Shown: positions 1-7,876, counted from the first letter of the stretch. The stretch: 32,000 bases of DNA from Rhodobacter capsulatus SB 1003 (GCF_000021865.1 NC_014034.1:2910001-2942000); one strand, 5' to 3'. The notes: generated from the letters alone by a model not told the origin. Made by a program: numbers and translations.

Positions 1-904
1 GGAGGTAGAAATCCCTGTTCTGCCGGATGAAGTTCTTCTTCCAGTCCGGAAAATGGGAAACCTGATCTCGCGCATACGAGGGAAGTGCAGCCTTCACCGC
101 CTCGTGCTTCAAGCCCTCAAGCGAGCGCCCCAGCGCCCCCGTAAATGCGCCCATTCGATTGAGCCCGATGGCATGGGGCGTACTATCAAGGTAAGGGTAT
201 GTTGCGCCGAACTCCATTGCCCATATTGGGAATGATGGCAGTTGCTCGTCTTTCGGCAGAGCGTCGATGAGCGATTGCCACGTTTCAAGATATTGAATGA
301 AGCGAGGACCGAGCGGTCGAGCCTCTTTTGGTTTCTCGTCCAGGACGCTCTTGATCGTGACTTGGTCAAGTTGGTGGGTCGGCTCAGGCCATGAAAAATG
401 CCTTAGACCTGTCCTTGATCCAACGATAATTGCGCGCTCTCGTACTTGAGGCACACCAAACATGAATGGCGAGAGCTTTTTCTTGTCGACTTCATATCCT
501 AGCTCTTCGAGTCGCACCTTGATTTTACCCCATGTCCTCCCGCCGTCGTGCCGCAGAAGATTAGGCACGTTCTCGATCAGCAGATAGGAAGGCTTGTGCT
601 TGTCGAGAATTTCAAGAACGTAATTGAACAAATCACCCCACTGTGGGCAGTCAAAACCAAGTTGCTCACCTGCTTTAGAAAATGGCTGACAAGGGAAGCC
701 AGCACATAGGATGTCGTGAGGCGGCACATCATCAATCGCTTCACGGATATCTCCGTGCGGACGAATGCCAAAGTTCTTTTCGTAGAGGTCGGCAAGCCCG
801 CTATTGAGTTCTGAAGCGAATACACAAGTGTGTCCAAGACCCTCAAGCGCCTGATGAAAACCACCCAGGCCCGCGAAGAGATCGGCGAATTTCAAGTTTC
901 CCAT
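1..904 (-). CDS. DNA (cytosine-5)-methyltransferase, 3' end beyond window edge
   Basis: Absent from the ORF track because it runs off the window. The reverse-strand ATG (complement of 902-904) opens a stop-free frame to base 1 (~301 codons, translated by hand): MGNLKFADLFAGLGGFHQALE... It carries C5-MTase motif I (FAGLGG), motif IV (GFPCQPFS), motif VI (LIENVPNL) and motif VIII (GVPQVRERAIIVG). GC is visibly lower than in the rest of the window. Confidence 0.9.
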   Translation of the reverse strand, partial: MGNLKFADLFAGLGGFHQALEGLGHTCVFASELNSGLADLYEKNFGIRPHGDIREAIDDVPPHDILCAGFPCQPFSKAGEQLGFDCPQWGDLFNYVLEILDKHKPSYLLIENVPNLLRHDGGRTWGKIKVRLEELGYEVDKKKLSPFMFGVPQVRERAIIVGSRTGLRHFSWPEPTHQLDQVTIKSVLDEKPKEARPLGPRFIQYLETWQSLIDALPKDEQLPSFPIWAMEFGATYPYLDSTPHAIGLNRMGAFTGALGRSLEGLKHEAVKAALPSYARDQVSHFPDWKKNFIRQNRDFYL

Positions 905-907
905 AGC

Positions 908-1087
908 TTAATTGTCCAAGGGAAGAGCGAGTTGGCGCGTGGCGTGCTTTTCCAGCAAGTCTTTAACCGCGACATTCAATATGTACTGCAAGGAGAGAGG
1001 CGGGCGGTGGCCCTCAGCCATGGCGCGCAAGGCGTCGTAGTCTTCCACCTCGAGCGAGATGGACAAACGCTTCTTTGAACTAGACAT
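908..1087 (-). CDS. ribbon-helix-helix (CopG/Arc-like) DNA-binding protein, 59 aa
   Basis: Distal part of track ORF 908..1684. The ATG at 1087 gives MSSSKKRLSISLEVEDYDALRAMAEGHRPPLSLQYILNVAVKDLLEKH..., a strand-helix-helix pattern typical of RHH proteins. Its stop lies 3 nt upstream of the methyltransferase ATG (operon), in the same low-GC patch. Confidence 0.7.
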   Translation of the reverse strand: MSSSKKRLSISLEVEDYDALRAMAEGHRPPLSLQYILNVAVKDLLEKHATRQLALPLDN

Positions 1088-1105
1088 GCCCACACCGCAC
1101 CTGTT

Positions 1106-1121
1106 TGCACCAGAGTGCACC
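1106..1121. promoter_or_regulatory. candidate operator: TGCACC-N4-TGCACC direct repeat upstream of the RHH gene
   Basis: TGCACC occurs at 1106-1111 and 1116-1121, 10 bp apart (one helical turn) and about 20-35 bp upstream of the RHH start. RHH proteins typically bind such tandem half-sites. Confidence 0.3.
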
Positions 1122-1227
1122 AAAATGGCCGTCTTGTCGATCCTTGATTGCCCTCCCATGACCAAACCCCGAGAGCAACATCCCTTCCAACGAGGGCATC
1201 GTTCATCAGCCATACGGAGCCAGTTCC

Positions 1228-1611
1228 TCATCCAAGTTGCTCCTGCTGTTCGAGCCATTCCATGGGGAACGGCTTCAGCGCCCGTTCCAGCGACACATCC
1301 CGCCCCTGCGTCCCGCAAACTATCGCTTCCACGATGTCGGGCGAGAGCAGTGTCAGGCGCAGGATGCGGGTCATGTAGGACTGTGCGATGCCCTCGCGCT
1401 TGGCCAGTTCGGCGATGGTGGCGTACTCGCCCGACTCCAGCAGGCGCTTCCAGCGGAACGCCCGCGCCAGCGCCTTGACCAGTGTATTGTCCGTCCGGCG
1501 TGGCGGCGATGCACCGTTCGGCAGTTGCATTTCTTTCCGCCCGCCGCGCTTCACGACGCGGAACGGTACGTGGAGCGTCACCGTCTCGGGGATCGGAGCC
1601 GCGCGGGTCAT
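1228..1611 (-). CDS. small HTH-type accessory protein of the serine recombinase operon (127 aa)
   Basis: The internal ATG of track ORF 1228..1767 gives MTRAAPIPETVTLHVPFRVVKRGGRKEM...EYATIAELAKREGIAQSYMTRILRLTLLSPDIVEAIVCG. The segment ATIAELAKREGIAQSYMTRILRL reads as an HTH. Its ATG overlaps the recombinase stop (ATGA at 1608-1611). Confidence 0.7.
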   Translation of the reverse strand: MTRAAPIPETVTLHVPFRVVKRGGRKEMQLPNGASPPRRTDNTLVKALARAFRWKRLLESGEYATIAELAKREGIAQSYMTRILRLTLLSPDIVEAIVCGTQGRDVSLERALKPFPMEWLEQQEQLG

Positions 1612-2933
1612 GCGGCTTCCCCAATGCCCCCGGCCAGCATCTCGCGAGCCAGACCTCCGAGCCCATCGACGCGCAGTCGGACATTCAGACCATCTATGCC
1701 GATTTCGACGCGCTCGACCAGCAGCGCTACGATGCGAGCCTGTTCGGCGGGGAAGAGTTCGTCCCACAGCGGGTCGAACTTTTGCAGGGCCTCGCGGGCG
1801 TCGGTCTCTGTGATATCGGCAGCCTGCGTTCGCGCGGCTTTCCAGGTGCCCGCGACGATCTCGGGTTGGTGGAACGCGGCGCGGAGCCGGTTGATCACGG
1901 CCGCTTCGACCTCGCCTGCGGGCACGCGGCCGACCGGGCAGGATCCTGCGCCATGCTTCAGCACCGTCTGGCTGACATAGTAGCGATAGAGTCGCCCACC
2001 CTTGCGGGTGTGCGTCGGTGAGAACGCGGCGCCATCGGGACCGAAGAGAAGCCCCTTCAGCAGCGCGGGTGTGTCAGCCCGGGTCCGCGCGGCACGCTTG
2101 CGCGGGCTCTCCTGCAGGATGGCGTGAACCTTGTCCCAAGTCTCGCAATCGATGATCGGGTCGTGCTCGCCCGGGTAGCTGTCGCCTTTGTGGACCGCCT
2201 CGCCGATGTACGCGCGGTTGGACAGCATCCGATAGAGGTACTTCTTGTCGATCCTGTTGCCGCGTGGCGTGCAGAGGCCCCGCGCGCCTACCTCGCGTGC
2301 CAGCAGCGTGCAGGAGCCGATTTCGATGAACCGAGAGAAGATCCAGCGCACATGCGCGGCGTTGTCCTCGTCGACCAGCAGCTTCCGGTTTGCCACCAGG
2401 TAGCCGAAGGGCGGCACCCCGCCCATCCACATCCCCTTCTTCCGGCTGGCGGCGACCTTGTCGCGGATGCGTTCGGCGGTCACCTCCCGCTCGAACTGGG
2501 CGAAGCTGAGCAGGATGTTCAGCGTCAGCCGCCCCATGGAGGTCGTCGTGTTGAAGGATTGCGTCACCGAGACGAAGGTCACGCCGTTCCGGTCGAACAC
2601 CTCGACCAGCTTGGCGAAGTCGGCGAGCGAGCGGCTAAGGCGATCGATCTTGTAGACCACCACCACGTCGACCAACCCGTCCTCGATATCTGCCATCAAC
2701 CGCTTCAGGCCGGGGCGCTCAAGAGTGCCGCCGGAGATGCCACCGTCATCATACTGGTCGCGGACGAGCACCCAGCCCTCGGAGCGCTGGCTGGCGATGT
2801 AGGCCTCGCAGGCCTCGCGTTGCGCGTGGAGGCTGTTGAATTCCTGCTCCAACCCTTCCTCGGAGGATTTCCGGGTGTACACTGCACAGCGTAGCTTGCG
2901 GACGAGCTTCGTTTTTTCGGGCGGCTTCGTCAT
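1608..2933 (-). CDS. large serine recombinase (resolvase/invertase N-terminal domain plus recombinase domain), 441 aa
   Basis: Track ORF 1608..3089, trimmed to MTKPPEKTKLVRKLRCAVYTRKSSEEGLEQEFNSLHAQREACEAYI (serine-recombinase catalytic region YTRKSS). Further matches are DVVVVYKIDRLSRSLADF, TTSMGRLTLNILLSFAQFEREVTAERIRDK and the large C-terminal extension typical of phage/ICE serine integrases. The ATG at 2933 overlaps the upstream gene's stop (ATGA). Confidence 0.9.
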   Translation of the reverse strand: MTKPPEKTKLVRKLRCAVYTRKSSEEGLEQEFNSLHAQREACEAYIASQRSEGWVLVRDQYDDGGISGGTLERPGLKRLMADIEDGLVDVVVVYKIDRLSRSLADFAKLVEVFDRNGVTFVSVTQSFNTTTSMGRLTLNILLSFAQFEREVTAERIRDKVAASRKKGMWMGGVPPFGYLVANRKLLVDEDNAAHVRWIFSRFIEIGSCTLLAREVGARGLCTPRGNRIDKKYLYRMLSNRAYIGEAVHKGDSYPGEHDPIIDCETWDKVHAILQESPRKRAARTRADTPALLKGLLFGPDGAAFSPTHTRKGGRLYRYYVSQTVLKHGAGSCPVGRVPAGEVEAAVINRLRAAFHQPEIVAGTWKAARTQAADITETDAREALQKFDPLWDELFPAEQARIVALLVERVEIGIDGLNVRLRVDGLGGLAREMLAGGIGEAA

Positions 2934-3385
2934 GACCGCCCCCTGTGGTTCTTGAGGCCGAAGAACACCCAGCCGTTCCAGCGGGTGCCAGTGATGCCGC
3001 GCGCGATGGCAGACAGCGACTTGTAGGGCCGCCCCTGCCACTCGAAGCCATCGGCGGTGACGGTGACGACATACCCGACGCCCTGCCATTCGCGCAGGAG
3101 GCGTGTGCCTGTGATGGGGCGGTCGCGGTCGAGGCGCATTCCGCGCTTCTTCTTGTCGCCGCCGTCCAGTTCTTCGCCCAGTCTTTCCAGCCGCCGGACG
3201 GTCTCGGGCTTCAGCCCGCCATAGGCGAGTTCCTGGATCCGGTAGGCCAGGCGGGATTCAAGGTAGCGCCGGTTGAACGGCGGCGGTTCGCTGTCGAACA
3301 ACTCGCGCCACTGCTTTTTCAGGTCGGGCGTCGGTGTGGTCTTCAGCGCGGCCAAGCGCGCGGGGATGGGGTCGTGTGTCGTCAT
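2930..3385 (-). CDS. DUF2924-like protein commonly encoded upstream of large serine recombinases
   Basis: Track ORF 2930..3421, trimmed to MTTHDPIPARLAALKTTPTPDLKKQWRELFDSEPPPFNRRYLESRLAYRIQELAYGGL...REWQGVGYVVTVTADGFEWQGRPYKSLSAIARGITGTRWNGWVFFGL. This matches my recollection of the DUF2924 signature; the family name is unverified. Confidence 0.8.
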   Translation of the reverse strand: MTTHDPIPARLAALKTTPTPDLKKQWRELFDSEPPPFNRRYLESRLAYRIQELAYGGLKPETVRRLERLGEELDGGDKKKRGMRLDRDRPITGTRLLREWQGVGYVVTVTADGFEWQGRPYKSLSAIARGITGTRWNGWVFFGLKNHRGRS

Positions 3386-3399
3386 GCGGTCTCCGTTGG

Positions 3400-3597
3400 C
3401 TACTGGGTTGCATGACGGCATCGGTCGGCCGGATAGTGTAGGTGAATTTCTCTAGTATCGTCAGTAGGTTCGTCCTGAGGTTCGTCCTGTTGGCGTTGCA
3501 TCAAGCGCACCAGCCCGAGGGCGAGCAGCCCGCACAATTCGGCGCGGCGCTCGGCGGGCGTCATCTGGTCGGGTGACAGTGGATTGGGGCGTTTCAT
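3400..3597 (-). CDS. small hypothetical protein (65 aa), first gene of the recombinase operon
   Basis: Track ORF; same strand and 14 nt upstream of the DUF2924-like gene. Contains an in-frame perfect 12-bp tandem duplication (AGGTTCGTCCTG x2, 3466-3489) encoding QDEPQDEP. Confidence 0.5.
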   Translation of the reverse strand: MKRPNPLSPDQMTPAERRAELCGLLALGLVRLMQRQQDEPQDEPTDDTREIHLHYPADRCRHATQ

Positions 3598-3742
3598 GCG
3601 AGCAAGTCCGTGTTGGCTTGCCTTGCCTCTACTCAGGCGAACCGGAAAACGTCCCGCAGGTTAAGATGGCGGTTATGCACAAGGCCGGACTCGACTCATG
3701 GTTGATTCATCGTTTAGAACATAATCAGAACAGGCCGGCCAT
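3598..3742. promoter_or_regulatory. divergent promoter/operator region between the recombinase operon and the plus-strand block
   Basis: The only AT-rich stretch for kilobases (gttgattcatcgtttagaacataatcagaac). It contains TGATT-N15-AATCA (3703-3727), flanked by GGCCGG at 3683 and 3733. No -35/-10 elements are assigned. Confidence 0.35.
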
Positions 3743-4996
3743 TTGCGAGGTATTCCCGTGGGTTCCGATCTCAAGAAATTTGTTAATCCGAAGTTTCTCA
3801 AAACCATTGATCCGGCCTTGATGCGGGCGTTGTTCGTTCGGCACTTCGGCGAGGATGAACTGCCTGTGTCATTCGAGGGAGAGGCCCCAACCATTCGCGC
3901 AGCTCTGGCGGCGCATTTCGAAGGAACCGTTGCCGGTTGGAACGCCGGAATGGTCGCCGATTTGCATCGCGTTGCCGAGCTTGGAACTAGCGAGGGCATG
4001 CAGCTTATTCTGAACGAAGCCCGTCGTCGTGGCGTGGTTCTTTATCCCGAGCCCGAAACTGACGATGCCGAGGCAGCGCCCATTAGCCACGATCCCAAAC
4101 ACGTCGCGCTTTACACCTACCTGCTGCATCACCGCGTTTTCGAGGCCGCAGCCGACTTCCATGCGCTTCGTGCGCCGACCTCGCCCGCAGAGTTCCGCGG
4201 GCCGGAACGCGACTTGGGAGCGGACCTGACCGAAGAAATGACCGAGGCTTTCAAGGCTGCAGTGATCAATCTGTTCTCGCAGGATCTGCAGGGTCAATAT
4301 TGCCGTCTTGGGCCCTATGAGGAAGATGGCGAAATCAACCTGGTCATCAGCCACGGGGCGCAAGTCACCACAACGCCGGTGATCACGGGCGACCGGGAAG
4401 AGATCATCACCCTTCGCGCGGTGAAATATGCAGTGCTGCGCTACTCCCCAATTGAAGGACGCCTGTTCGTGGGTGGCGTGGTCAAGGCGCAGCAAGGCGA
4501 GATCGCCGAGCTTTTTGCCCGGCATATCCTGAGGCGGCCAGGCTTCTTCTCTGGGCGGGACGCGCGCGATCTCTATACGCTCGATCCGATCAGCGATGCC
4601 GGGCCCGATTTCGCGTTCCAGCATCGCTATGACGAGACCATCAAGGAGGTGCGGATCGTTACCGCCGCCGCTGACCTCTTCGAGTGGGATGAAGAGGATC
4701 AGCGCTGGCGTCATGTGCGCAGTTGGGAATCGAAAGACGCGTCCGGCGGTGCGCTCACGCACTTCCGGGGCAGCGAGGTGCGGTTCGGCCGGGGATGGCG
4801 GTTGGGCGAGATCACCTTCCGGGTCGCATTCGAAACCGGTGCAAAGCGACCGGCACAGGTCACAGTGCGGCTGAAACCGCCAGGGACGCTCGCCTTCCGC
4901 CGGACGCGGTTCGAAAAGGCGATCCACACGCTGGTTCAGCGCAATGGGCTAGAGAAGGACCGCGATGCTGGCATGGTTGTGGACGCGGCTGAGTGA
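3743..4996 (+). CDS. hypothetical protein, ~412-417 aa, no recognisable domain
   Basis: Track ORF with good coding periodicity read by hand. The start is TTG 3743 or GTG 3758. Codons end in T/A more often than in neighbouring genes. Confidence 0.7.
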   Translation: MRGIPVGSDLKKFVNPKFLKTIDPALMRALFVRHFGEDELPVSFEGEAPTIRAALAAHFEGTVAGWNAGMVADLHRVAELGTSEGMQLILNEARRRGVVLYPEPETDDAEAAPISHDPKHVALYTYLLHHRVFEAAADFHALRAPTSPAEFRGPERDLGADLTEEMTEAFKAAVINLFSQDLQGQYCRLGPYEEDGEINLVISHGAQVTTTPVITGDREEIITLRAVKYAVLRYSPIEGRLFVGGVVKAQQGEIAELFARHILRRPGFFSGRDARDLYTLDPISDAGPDFAFQHRYDETIKEVRIVTAAADLFEWDEEDQRWRHVRSWESKDASGGALTHFRGSEVRFGRGWRLGEITFRVAFETGAKRPAQVTVRLKPPGTLAFRRTRFEKAIHTLVQRNGLEKDRDAGMVVDAAE

Positions 4997-5894
4997 GGGC
5001 GGCGCTCGGGTCGCGATCTCGGGCCGGGCGCTGAGCCGTTTTCCCGCAAACGACATTGAGCGCCTCTTGCGGGCGCAGGTGCTGATTGAAGAGCGCAAGG
5101 CCGATACCTGGTCGGTCTGTGCCGAGTGCGACTGCGGGCTAGACGCGCGCCCCGTCGAACAATTGGGTGATGCGTTCCGGGCCTGCTGCCCGCACGATCA
5201 GGCCGAAGACATGATCCTCCAGAAGGACGATCTGCGCCGCTTTTCGGTCGACGTCGACCGGCTTGTGACCCGGATTTCTGCCAGCGGGAATCTTGGCGGC
5301 GCGGTCGCCCGCATTGCTGAAGGCGTCTGGCTGATGGGGGACACCCCGTCCGGGCATGCCGTGGTCCTGTCATTCGATGCTGAAAATCTGGTTGCGCCGG
5401 GCGCGGTAATGGCGATCAGGGCGGCCGTGGGGCCGAAACCGATCATGGCAATCGTCCACGACCTTTCCCTGACAATCGCTGTCAGGTTGCGGGAGGTCGG
5501 GGTCGAGCCCCACGAAATTGCGGCGGTTTTCAAGGCGGGGTCGGATGGCGTGGAACGCCTCGTCCTTGATCCGCCATCTTCAGTGCCGCGCCTCGTCGTG
5601 AAGCTTTCGGCGCAGTCGATCACTCTCGACGGGCGTCGGCTCGACCTGCCGACACAGATGTTCGCACTGTTTCGTCTGCTGATCGAGCAATCCTCCAAGC
5701 GTGATCCAGTCCTGAAGAACCAGGAGATCGAGACGCAGACCGGCCGGCCGCCCAACCAGATCATCCGAGACCTTCGGAAAGCGCTGGTCAGTTGTGGGCT
5801 GACCAGCGACCAGGCAAAGGCGTTGGTCGCGACAGTACATGCTCGCGGCTACCGGCTCGGCCTTGCCCAAGCCGAAGTGGTCGTCGAGCCCTGA
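4965..5894 (+). CDS. hypothetical protein with N-terminal Cys cluster and C-terminal OmpR/PhoB-like winged-helix region, 309 aa
   Basis: Track ORF. ATG 4965 lies 32 nt inside the preceding gene. The Cys cluster reads SVCAECDCG...FRACCPHD. The C-terminus reads SITLDGRRLDLPTQMFALFRLLIEQSSKRDPVLKNQEI...IIRDLRKAL...VHARGYRLGL, like a trans_reg_C-type winged helix. Confidence 0.7.
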   Translation: MLAWLWTRLSEGGARVAISGRALSRFPANDIERLLRAQVLIEERKADTWSVCAECDCGLDARPVEQLGDAFRACCPHDQAEDMILQKDDLRRFSVDVDRLVTRISASGNLGGAVARIAEGVWLMGDTPSGHAVVLSFDAENLVAPGAVMAIRAAVGPKPIMAIVHDLSLTIAVRLREVGVEPHEIAAVFKAGSDGVERLVLDPPSSVPRLVVKLSAQSITLDGRRLDLPTQMFALFRLLIEQSSKRDPVLKNQEIETQTGRPPNQIIRDLRKALVSCGLTSDQAKALVATVHARGYRLGLAQAEVVVEP

Positions 5895-6002
5895 GGCCGC
5901 CACACACAATCCACACATAACAAACACACGGCAATCACACCGGCAGCGGCGGGCTGAGCGGCACATTCGGAACCACAGCAACATGTTCCGAGGTGCTCCC
6001 GC

Positions 6003-6596
6003 ATGCTTCCGCCGATTTCCCCCTCCGACCTTGCCACACTGATCGACGAAGCGGCCTTTGCCGCGCGCCGCCTGCATCGCAAGCTGGTGCTGCCCGCCGC
6101 CGATCTCGACGATCTCTGCCAAGACCTGCTGGTCGACCTGATCTGTCGGTTGCCGGGTTTCGACGCTCGCCGTGGCAGCATCGGCGCCTTCGCCAACATC
6201 GTCCTGCGCAACCAGTCCTCGCGGATCGCGATCCGCCATCACCGCCAGCGCCGCGCACAGGGTGGCACGGTTCTGTCGCTGGATGCGCCCGTTTCCGGCG
6301 GCACCGAGTCGCTGGGTTGCATGCTGGCAGAGGCGGACAGTCTGGCCGCCTGGCATGGTCAGGACCGCTCCGCCGTGGAAGATGCCGAGACCCGTCACGA
6401 TCTCGCCCGGGCGCTGGGCGACCTGCCGGAGGATGCCCGCGGGCTTTGCGCGGCACTTGGCACCTGCGCTGTCGCGGAGATTGTCGAGCGTACCGGCACC
6501 TCCCGCTCCGCCCTCTACCGCCACATCGCCCGCCTGCGGCTTGACCTCGCCATGCGCGGGTTCGGGGCGGAGTGGGACGCCTCGTATGCGGCGTGA
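6003..6596 (+). CDS. ECF-like sigma-70 family RNA polymerase sigma factor, 197 aa
   Basis: Region-2-like DLDDLCQDLLVDLICRLPGFDARRGSIGAFANIVLRNQSSRIAIRHHRQRR and region-4-like LGDLPEDARGLCAALGTCAVAEIVERTGTSRSALYRHIARLRLDL (HTH). Confidence 0.75.
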   Translation: MLPPISPSDLATLIDEAAFAARRLHRKLVLPAADLDDLCQDLLVDLICRLPGFDARRGSIGAFANIVLRNQSSRIAIRHHRQRRAQGGTVLSLDAPVSGGTESLGCMLAEADSLAAWHGQDRSAVEDAETRHDLARALGDLPEDARGLCAALGTCAVAEIVERTGTSRSALYRHIARLRLDLAMRGFGAEWDASYAA

Positions 6597-6609
6597 GTAG
6601 AGGACCGAC

Positions 6610-6966
6610 ATGGAGATGATCGTCATGCCCCTCACCGAATTCACGCCCGCAAAGGCCCGGCCGCTTACCGACATCGAGTTCTGCGCCTGGATCGGCCAGG
6701 CCATGCCGGGCGACCGGCTTGAGTATCATCCCGGCTTTCTCGGAATCGATACCACGGCGGTGATTTCCACCTTGCCGGAACCAGATCGCCGCAGGCTCGG
6801 AGCGCTGGCCAGTGCCGCCCACCGCGCCTTCGAGGCCGCGCTGGTGCATCTGGTGCAGGTCCGGGTCGGCCCCGACCGCTTCGCCTATCTGGCCATCGCG
6901 CGCACCAAGCCGCGCCATGCGCCGATCCCGCTTTCCCAACTCATCGCGACAGAGGAGGCCGCCTGA
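6610..6966 (+). CDS. hypothetical protein, 118 aa
   Basis: Track ORF with high GC3. GAGG lies upstream of the ATG, 14 nt after the sigma gene stop. Its stop overlaps the next start (TGATG). Confidence 0.65.
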   Translation: MEMIVMPLTEFTPAKARPLTDIEFCAWIGQAMPGDRLEYHPGFLGIDTTAVISTLPEPDRRRLGALASAAHRAFEAALVHLVQVRVGPDRFAYLAIARTKPRHAPIPLSQLIATEEAA

Positions 6967-7358
6967 TGCGCGCCGTGCTTGCCTGGATCGGGGATTGGCT
7001 CCCGCCGTCCCTCTACTTCGCCATCGCCGGAAAACCGACCGAAACCGCGACATCGGAGCCGCTGCCCGCCCGGCTGCCGAACCTGATGGCGCGGCTGCGC
7101 CGTGCCTTCCACAGCCTGGACGACCTGCCGGATGCAATCCCTGCGCCCTGGCGCGAGGGGAATGAGACCGAACCGCTGCTGATCGAGCTGGCGACCATCG
7201 ACGACGTCGCTTTCGCTGTCGTGGCGGCGAATGCCGACGTGTCGGCCGCGATCCGCCGCTCCTCGGCGCTCGAACGGCTCCACCGCCTGGCCCGCGAGGC
7301 CGGGGCTCTCGGCACGGACCGCGCCGTTGACGCGGCCCTGAAGCGGGAGGGGCGCTGA
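6966..7358 (+). CDS. hypothetical protein, 130 aa
   Basis: Track ORF; TGATG overlaps with both neighbours indicate translational coupling. Confidence 0.6.
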   Translation: MRAVLAWIGDWLPPSLYFAIAGKPTETATSEPLPARLPNLMARLRRAFHSLDDLPDAIPAPWREGNETEPLLIELATIDDVAFAVVAANADVSAAIRRSSALERLHRLAREAGALGTDRAVDAALKREGR

Positions 7359-7876
7359 TGGCCATGCCGTTCCCCAGCACCGATACGCCGACCGAGGGGC
7401 GCGACGGCAACATGCCGACGTTCGATGACCTCGATCGGCTGTCCATCGGCGAGATCGCCGACATGCCGCCCGACCTGCTGTTTGCGCTGCAGGAAGCAGC
7501 AGCGACCGAGACCGCCCGGGTCAAGCGCCTGAAGGACCGTTTCGAGGCGGCACTGGCGCAGCGCTATGGCACAGCGACCGAGGCCGAGCGTTCAGCACAA
7601 GGCAAGACCTCCGGCACCGTCCGGATCGAGGATACGGGCGTGGTGGTGATCGCCGACTTTCCGAAGAAGGTCACGTGGGATCAGGACCGGCTGGCCGCGA
7701 TAGCAACCCGGATCCGCGAGGCGGGCGACGACCCGACCCAGTACCTGGAAATCGCCTATCGCGTGCCGGAACGCCGTTTCGGGGCCTGGCCCGACGCCAT
7801 GCGCGAGGGCTTCGCCGCCGCCCGGTCCGAGACCACCGGCAAACCCGTGTTCCGGCTCGAGACCCGAGACCGGTGA
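7358..7876 (+). CDS. hypothetical phage-type protein, 172 aa
   Basis: Track ORF, coupled to the upstream gene. It sits directly upstream of the AAA_24-like ATPase, as in many phage recombination modules. Confidence 0.65.
   Translation: MAMPFPSTDTPTEGRDGNMPTFDDLDRLSIGEIADMPPDLLFALQEAAATETARVKRLKDRFEAALAQRYGTATEAERSAQGKTSGTVRIEDTGVVVIADFPKKVTWDQDRLAAIATRIREAGDDPTQYLEIAYRVPERRFGAWPDAMREGFAAARSETTGKPVFRLETRDR

Noticed and set aside
1059-2021. Plus-strand track ORFs 1059..1478, 1237..1980, 1388..1813 and 1482..2021
   Set aside because: They lie opposite the recombinase and its accessory gene, which have clear signatures. Their composition is Arg/Ala/Pro-rich.
3466-3489. Perfect 12-bp tandem duplication AGGTTCGTCCTG x2
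   Set aside because: It is in frame inside the 65-aa ORF (QDEPQDEP). It is most simply a slippage duplication in an acidic linker rather than a regulatory repeat.
5969-5989. GGAAC-N11-GTTCC as an autoregulated ECF-type promoter for the sigma gene
   Set aside because: The GGAAC -35-like element is present, but no convincing -10 (CGT-type) follows at 16-17 nt, and the ATG is only ~14 nt beyond the repeat. It cannot be called from sequence alone.
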